Origin: the human T2T-CHM13v2.0 reference genome, Homo sapiens
Reading direction: 5' to 3' (one strand)
DNA: 64,000 bases
NCBI RefSeq assembly: GCF_009914755.1
Contig: NC_060928.1
The notes beneath the pieces are model-generated. The model did not search any database. It was given only the letters and a program-made list of their open reading frames with translations, and was not told the DNA's origin. Shown here piece after piece: positions 53,875 to 64,000 of this stretch. Both the position numbers and the translations under genes were made by a program. Within the stretch, counting starts at the first letter, position 1. Every line of letters begins with the position of its first letter.

Positions 53875-54020
53875 ACTTGTTCTCAACCAGGAATGATTTC
53901 TCCACCACTGAATACATTTATCAACGTCTGGACACATTTTTGCTTGTCATGACAGGACAGCCCTTTACACTCTTACAACAAAGCCCCAAATGTTAAGAAT
54001 GCTGAGGTTGAGAAGGACTG
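53875..54020. mobile_element. MER20, internally deleted
   Basis: ttctcaaccagg...gtctggacacatttt...gccccaaatgttaagaatgctgaggttgagaa. Confidence 0.75.
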
Positions 54021-54028
54021 TGAAGGAC

Positions 54029-54031
<3 letters not shown>

Positions 54032-54090
<59 letters not shown>
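54032..54090. repeat. Compound microsatellite (CT)n(AT)n
   Basis: Direct read. Confidence 0.95.
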
Positions 54091-54093
<3 letters not shown>

Positions 54094-55591
54094 AAAGTAC
54101 AGTCATGAAAGAAACAGACTGAAAGTGATCTACAGTAAAAACAGGACTTTTCCAAGGAAAATGTGAATGAGTGGTAAGGGAGGTACTGAGGTGAATGGCA
54201 TGTCAGAAGAGTCTGTCTGTGGAGACTAGAGATGATCAAGATGTCAGGTTTCTAAACAAGTCAGCCAACTTTCCAATCCATCTGCCAAGAGCTCAGCCCA
54301 ATTCTGCCTCAGCTGAGTGACCCATCTGTAAGCCTTGGCTACTGGAGACAAAAGTGCTGCTATCTCTTCATAGAACTGGGCATAACTGCAGAGTAATGCA
54401 CACTAGCATTCTTGTTAGCAGTTGGCAAGTTCACAATTAGCGCAATTGTTTCTGAAAGCGTGCGAGTGCACTATTGCTTCATGTTATTAATGTCTGCAGT
54501 GTGCTAGGAATAAAAGGATGGCTGGGGGGAGGGGATACATACATTTTAATTATTCAAATACATGCAGAATTCAACAGCCTTAAAGACTATTTCTGAGGCT
54601 CCTTCCTGCATCGACACAACGTGTTAGATTCTACCAAGAACTCAAAATAATTCCCTTGCTTTGAGTTGGGATTTAAAAGATACCCATTAATTCTCTTGGG
54701 GTACCAGGTGAACATTTGGTCATTCCTGTTGTGGGGGGAAAAAAGAAAAAAAATCAGAAATAACACAGCATGGACTGGTAAATGTCCCTCGGTCCACCTC
54801 ACCATCTCCTTATTTATGTGGCAGCAGCTCAGAGGCAGCCTTTCAACATAAGTCCCATATTTTATTCAGTTCTGTTCATCAACTGCTGTTCTTGTTGCTT
54901 TTCCATCTAATTGTGTTTTTAGCTAAAAAAAAATTTGGGGTTCTATGATGTCAGTATCAAAAGACACTTGCTCTTTGACAAGTTAAGTTATTTTATCTCC
55001 AAAGAAAGATATGGAACAATGTCAGACCACTAAGATGCTATTTTATGTTGGGCTTAGAGGTCATGGAGTGATTCAAAGTAAAATGTTACTCAGTCTTATA
55101 TATTATATAATATATGTTATATATATTATATATTAATCAACAAATATTTAATGAGTGATCACTGCTACTTAGGACCACCAGTGTTAGGTGCAATGAGACA
55201 TGTAAATATATGTTATTGATCTATAAATATAAAAGCAAATATAAATATAGAAAGAAAACATATCAAATGTTTTTACTGAGTCAGAGACAGTATTTGTGGT
55301 GAAGGAGTGTTTTGGTAGGGGGTAAATCAAAAGACTATTCTATGGCAGCTGGTTAATAGAGTTTCAGGCTTCAAGGATATCATAATCTAGTTAGGAAGAC
55401 AAATTACATTGATAGTAGAGAATTAATGAGTGTTAAATAGTTTGGTCTTCATTATCAGTGTAATGTTAGTTTATAAAAGGAAAAACCAGATTGGCTTGAA
55501 TAAATGGTTTACTCGGTAAAGTAGTCAGAAATAAGATGGGATGAATAATTCATATCATGGAGCTAGTCAAGCTAGAAAGTCTGAAATTGAT

Positions 55592-55631
55592 CACACACAG
55601 ACACACACACACGCGCACACACACACACACA
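55592..55631. repeat. Interrupted (CA)n microsatellite
   Basis: Direct read. Confidence 0.9.
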
Positions 55632-57296
55632 GAAGCAACTCTCTCGAATAAGGGAATGACAGTCATTCAAGGGCTATAATATGTGCTGGGCACTGTGCCA
55701 GTTGCTAAGGGCACCAAGATGACCAGTGTACAGTTCTTGCTCTTATGGAGCTCACAAAGAGGCATTTTAGGAAATTGATTTGGCTGAAGTCCACAGGACA
55801 GACAGGAATGGGGTGAATTGAGAGCTAAAGAGACCAGCTATGAGGATGGCCAGTGAGAAAATGAGGGCCTGGGCTAATGTAGAGGTCTTGGGAGAGCAGA
55901 GAAGAGTGAACCTGCAGGTACGGAAGTGCTTGCCACCTGCAAAAGGAGGGTTGGAAAAGAGGGAAGCAATAAGGAGGGCAGGAAGGAACAGTAGGGTTGC
56001 CACCAACTGAAATAGGGCACTTGTAAAGGCAGCCAAACTACAGTAGCAGAAATTATGAATTTTTAAAAGATACTGAAAGTGAGCTCATGGCAGGACATAC
56101 ACACTGAAATAAATACTAAGAAGATGGAACTATGGACTGATGCAGGATAGATGAGGCTGGATGAATTCTCCAGGAGCTGAATAGCGAGAGAAATCAGAGC
56201 CTTAGCAGGGGCACCCAGAGAGTTAGGAGCTGGGAGGGGAAGGGAGTCAAAAGTAGTTGAAAGGTCAAGAAGAAGGAGAATGTAGTGTCACTGAATCTAA
56301 GGGAGGAAAGAATTTCAAGGAGTGGGTTGTCAGAGAGGCTGAAGAGAATGAAAACCAAGAGAAAGCCATTCATTGTATAAAACTGCACTCTATAAGGCAG
56401 TCTGTGGGTTTTTTGTTTTAAAAATAAATAAAAAGTATATGATATTAATAGGCTCTGAAATAAAACATATATGCAAATGAACATCAAAGATTCAGTGACC
56501 TGCAGGACTGAGATAAGAGTGCCTTATAGTCATATAGCCTTTTGGTTTTTAAAGTACCTTAGAATACATTATTTGAACTGATCTTTTATTACATTCCTGG
56601 GATGATTATAACCTAAAAGGAATCACATTTCCTGTTTTGATCATTTAGTTACTCAACTACAGTTTTGCATTTGTACAACTATCAATACTAACAATAAATA
56701 ACTATCCGGGAACTTTGTGACAGAAAATGAAAGATGATGACAATTATGATGATACCCATAGTAATAATACCCAACATTTATATAGCATGAAATGATTTCA
56801 CATATGTTATTTCATTTTACCTTCAACAGCTCAGTGAAATAAATCTCATTATCTCCATTTTATATGTGTGGGCAGCTTTTAAAAATCCATGCTCCAAACA
56901 GATAAATTAAACAGGGCTAAACTAGACCAAAGAAATGGGCTTTTTATGTTTAATAAACTTAAAGCCCTGCTAAGAACAATGAAGGAAATTTTTATTATAG
57001 AACAAGAAACAAAATACTAGGACACATCAATTAATCTATCCCCTTTCTCTAAGAAGACAGAATATGGAGTTGCTTATCCCATTTGAAAGTCTCCTAAATT
57101 TCTGCTAGTTAGAAATGTTTTGGTTGCAAATGACAAGACCCACCTCAAACTCATTTAGGAAAAATAGTAGCAGGGGGATTGATTGCTCAATAATTGAACA
57201 GACTAAGAGTTGAAGTTCAGTCTAAAGGTTCAGATGTGACTGAATTCAAGCACAATTCTAGCTGGAAAAGAGCAAATGCAGAGTTCAGATGGGCTG

Positions 57297-57345
57297 AGTG
57301 TGTGTGTATGTGTGTGTGCGTGTATGTGTGTGTGTGTGTGTGTGT
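57297..57345. repeat. Interrupted (TG)n microsatellite
   Basis: Direct read. Confidence 0.92.
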
Positions 57346-58185
57346 TGGGGGTGGGGGGAGCGGGGGAGATGAGACAAAGCCCTACCTCAATTTCAAGGAC
57401 TTAAAGTGGGGAAGGAATGGTCTTCAGAAAGAAAATTAAGGTGCTTCCAGTAGAAGAAAGAAGAATGGATGCTGGGCAGGCAAAACCGTAGATCTCCAAA
57501 ATTACTATCCTCAAACGGTGTTCACCAACTTACCTGAAATTCTCACTGTCAGAACTATTTCTTTAAGACTTTGGGTCTCAAGAGTTTCCTACAGTTAATT
57601 GGCTACTCTGGGGCAAATGTTCTCAATGTTGGCTGTATATCAGAGTCATGTGGGTAGCCAGAAAAGGTTTCAAAAATATATGGATGACTGAGCCTAACCT
57701 CTCAAGTGGGGTCCAGTGGATACCCCAAACTTTGTCCATGCAGTACATTTTGAAAGGAACAACAAATTGTGCAAAATGAGTAGCAGAGTTATCAGTTTCT
57801 CATTCCATATCTTCTCTCCTCTCTCTTTTCACCTCCAATGCTATCAGTGAGGACTGTCACGGAGTAGGCATCCCATAAATATTGGCAGAACTGAATATAA
57901 TGGAACTGAAATGAGAGAATATACTATACTATCCGTGTTCCTGTGTTTTCCTCCTTTGAACATACTAGATTCCTACTTCCGGTTTGGGACTTACTGTCGA
58001 CAAGATAAGAAAAGTGATGGACAAAGTGAGGAGGAGTCATGTGCTCAAGGACCCTCCAATCCAGCAGGGGAAAGAGGTGAGTTTCCCGGAATGACTGGAA
58101 TTTGGTGAGCACATGGAAGGCACAGCTAACCCCATCTTAAAGAATCCAAATAAGTCTAAGTCTTAAGTGAAATTTAGAAGTCAGG

Positions 58186-58400
58186 GCCGGACGCGGTGGC
58201 TCACGCCTGTAATCACGGCACTTTGGGAGGCCAAGGCGGGCGGATCACGAGGTCAGGATATCGAGACCATCCTGGCTAACACGGTGAAAACCCATCTCTA
58301 TTAAAAATACAAAAAAATTGGCCAGGCGAGCCGAGATGGCGTCACTACACTCCAGCCTGGGCGACAGAGCGAGACTCAGTCTCAAAATAAAATAAAATAA
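58186..58400 (+). mobile_element. AluY with most of the right-arm 5' part deleted
   Basis: AluY left arm; ggccaggcg joins directly to agccgagat; aagtcag flanks. Confidence 0.87.
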
Positions 58401-59299
58401 GTCAGGCAGAGAGAGGGGGTATTGGGTGTGCTGAGCATGGTTAAAGTCCAGTAAGCAAGAAAGCCGGCCTATTTGAAGACTTGCTTCAGTTATGGCTAGA
58501 GGATAGTACCTAAGGGCAAGGTGAGCAGGGCTGAAGCTGGGGAAAGAGCCCGGGACTTGAATGGTATGTTTATCTTTATTTAAATACTCAGGGCTCTAAA
58601 GGAGCGTTAATTCCAGACAGAATTCTCACACATTCAGTCATTTTTGCGCATGTACATTTCTATTTGTGGATTGAAGAAAAATATTACAGTTTTAAGTTGG
58701 GTTTAAAAAAATCAGTCAAGAAATGAACCCAAATGGCTTCCATAAGGCCACTATGATTTGGCGTTCTTGGGCTGCAGTGCCACCACTCGGCCACAGGGTA
58801 GCAGTGCAGCTCAGCAGACAGTGGGAAGCGGAAAGCAGAATAGTTGAGGGGCGGGGTTACAGGGAATCCCTCCCCAAAGCAGCAAATAATAGGGCTCTCC
58901 TTGAACTAGGTGGAACACATTAGCCCCATTTCTACACCTCCACACTTCCTTCCTCTATCATCTATCCCCACATCTATCAAGTCTAGCATAAATTCATGCG
59001 GAGTACAAACATGTTTGTAAAACAATGATCCATCCCTACAGGACTTGCTACATGCCCCCCATCTCAGTAAACAGTGGGCTTTCCTTGTAAAAAAAAAAAA
59101 AAAAAAAGGGAAATAATGAAAAGGTCCAATGATCAGAGGCTGACTAAATGACCTGTGGTATGTTTATCAAAGAAATACAATGCCTCCATTAAAAAAAAAT
59201 CTGTTTTGCAGATTATTTAAAGATAGAGAAAATGATAAAGAGAAAAAAGTGAAAAAAAAAAAAAAAGCAAAATCCGAACAATATGCAGTGAGATCCCAG

Positions 59300-59530
59300 A
59301 CTGCTTGCTTGCTTGCTTGCTTGAGACAGGGTCTCTCTATGTTGCCCAAGCTGGTCTCGAACTCCTGGGCTCAAATGATCCTCCTGTCTCAGTCTCCCAA
59401 GTATCTAGGACTAGGGGCGCCTGCCACCACAACTTGCTAATTATTTTTATTTTACTTTTATAGAGATGAGAGTCTTGCTTTGCTCCCCGGCTGGTCTCAA
59501 ATTCCTGGCCTCAAGTGGTCCTCTTGTTTC
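59300..59530 (-). mobile_element. AluJ/FLAM-like with (GCTT)n tail
   Basis: gagacagggtctctctatgttgcccaagctggtctcgaactcctgggctcaa. Confidence 0.75.
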
Positions 59531-59879
59531 CGCAGAACAGATATTTGTAACAAAATAGAAACCTATTGTTTTGTGACTTGCTAAATTCATATAACTATAT
59601 ATCCTGAACTTTTCCCATGTCATTAAGTACATGATTTTTTATGACTGGGCTGAATACTTATTTTAATATAAGTGTGAACTATAACTTATTCAGCCAATCT
59701 CCTATTGTTAAATATCTCTTTTATTTCCTAGTTTTTAGCTGGTAAGAATGAGACTAATATCCATTTGCTTTTGCGTCTCTTTGATTATTTTCTTAGCATT
59801 AATTGTTAGAACTGAATTGTTGGATTAAAGACATTTCATCCATTTGTCAAGTGAAAGGGTGCTGCAATTTACCCCTCCT

Positions 59880-62070
<2,191 letters not shown>

Positions 62071-63224
62071 GTAATAAGGCTCCCCTCGCTTGTGTCCTAT
62101 CTTCCAGACCTCATTCTTCTACATTGCCTGATGTCTGTTGCCTTGAAAACTATGCTTTCTTATGTTTGGTCTTTTTCCTTTTTTGGCTGCTTCAGGAAAG
62201 ACAATAAATCTGGTTTTTGTTATTCCATGTTGTGTGGAAACAGAAGTGCTTTATATGTTTCTGTATTTTCATAGAAAAATTTTTTTATCGCTCAAAAATT
62301 ATAAATATACATTTGGAAAATGCTACATAGCTTTGAACAGCAAAGAATTTAGTAATTATTTTGAGAATTTCTGACAGGTCCTCATTATTTACTCTGAAAA
62401 CACTAAACTGTAAAGCTCTATGCAATTATTAAATATTATTTTTGTTGTGTTTTCCATGTTGTATAAAAGCTTTATATATACTTTAGGCTTACAATGTGTT
62501 CCTACTTTCACATAATATTTAGAAGAGGCTGACTAATGAAAGCTGGAGAAACAGTATACGAAATGCTTAATTTTGGTTTATCAATTATATTCAATAAGTT
62601 AAAATGTCTAGTTTAATGAGTCATTAAATACAAATAACCTGGATAGGGCTATTTTAAAAGTTTATATTAGAGAAGGCTTTCTCTTAACATCTTGACTTTA
62701 TCTAGAACTTTAGGAAATGTTTAGGTGAAAGGAAAGGTAGCAAAAATTGTAGTAATTAATGAACATTAAGGACAAAAGTTAAAATACCCACTGAAAGCTG
62801 CAAATGTTAAACTGTATCTCTTATCATGGTTTGACTTGAATATGCCCTACTGCACACTGAAATATATCAAATTCAAAGATTTTATAAATGATAAAACAAT
62901 TGTAAGTTTTCAAAAAAAGATGGCAGGAATTGCAGTAAGTGCTTTTAGAGCATTGAATTCTGTTCAGATGATTTTAAAAAATAATTGGTAATAACTTAGT
63001 AAATAGTTTAGTAAACTGTTTCTTAAAACTTTTTTCATCCATGATAGATATAATAATGTAGCATATAAATAGGAAGAAGTGTAAACATAAGACAGCCTGA
63101 AGGTAAAAATTAAGCCAATGGGAACAATTTCTTTTTCCAGAGATACGGATTTCCTTATTCTGCCACTGTATGGCAGAGTAACAACCAACCAACCAATCAG
63201 ACAAACAAAACAAAACATCCAACC

Positions 63225-63528
63225 AATTTTTTTTTTTGTTTTGAGATGGAGTCTCGCTCTGTCACCCAGGCTGGATTGCAGTGGTGTGATCTCGGCTCAC
63301 AGCAACCTCCACTCCCCAGGTTCAAATGATTCTCCTGCCTCAGCCTCCTGAGTAACTGGGATTACAGGCATGTGCCAGCATGCCCGACTATTTTTTTTTT
63401 ATACTTTTAGTAGAGATGAGGTTTCACCATGTTGGCCAGGCTGGTCTTGAACTCCTGACCTCAAGCGATCCATCCACCTCAGCCACCCAAACTGCTAGGA
63501 TTACAGGCGTGAGCCACTTCACCCAGCC
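63225..63528 (-). mobile_element. AluS
   Basis: TSD caaccaatt. Confidence 0.9.
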
Positions 63529-64000
63529 GCAACCAATTCTTCAAGACCACCTCATTAGCATTCACAGTGCTGTGTCTCCAAGGCTCTAGAGATAAATGAA
63601 ATAACTGAATCCTTGAGAAAATTCTATTTTCTTAATGATGAAAGGGGAAATAAAACTGGCTTTCCGATGAGTGCAAATTTAATACATATTTTAAAAGGGT
63701 AAGGTTGTCAATTGTCATAAACAAAAACAATCAAATAGAATAAGGGAGCTCAGATTCTGAATGAAACCCTATTCTGTATTTTGAGTCATTCCGTTTTGAA
63801 TCATACAGTTACCATGTCCTATCAAATACAGAAAGCAGTGAGCAGGATAAATTGGACACCTAACAGCTTTCTAGTTAAGCAGTTTTTACAGCTACCTTCA
63901 CTGAAGCTATTAGGAAATTTCTACTTGACCTGAACAGAACTACCAGACTGAGTTTCTTGTAAGAAAAAATGATTACTTACTATTGTAGCTATTTGGAGAC

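Noticed and set aside
58580-58591. 12-nt match (ttaaatactcag) to the Alu insert at 53134
   Set aside because: AT-rich, 5 kb away and plausibly chance; the local snap-back explains that part of the insert.

Overview
This is primate (very likely human) genomic DNA with about 50 Alu copies or fragments, plus L1, MIR/L2, MaLR/ERVL/ERV9 LTRs and DNA transposons (Tigger1, MER3, MER5A, MER20, MER81). The only supportable gene feature is a CpG island (~20.65-21.75 kb) carrying a minus-strand first coding exon (ATG at 21263, 37 codons + 1 nt, CAG|GTGAGA donor after 21152). I recognise its peptide from memory as the N-terminus of the long SH3D19 isoform. On that reading, 1-21151 is intron 1 and >21.7 kb is upstream intergenic DNA. 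Almost all ORF-track entries are repeat-derived or reflect GC-rich composition. I found no RNA genes, no CRISPR array and no convincing new multi-gene system. The most interesting signals are structural: an 82-bp near-perfect fold-back inverted repeat in the intron, several templated-insertion or template-switch scars whose donors are visible in the window, a young AluYa5, an intact LTR12 pointing at the gene, and an open in-frame 5' extension of exon 1. Repeat subfamily calls and boundaries were made by eye and are approximate.
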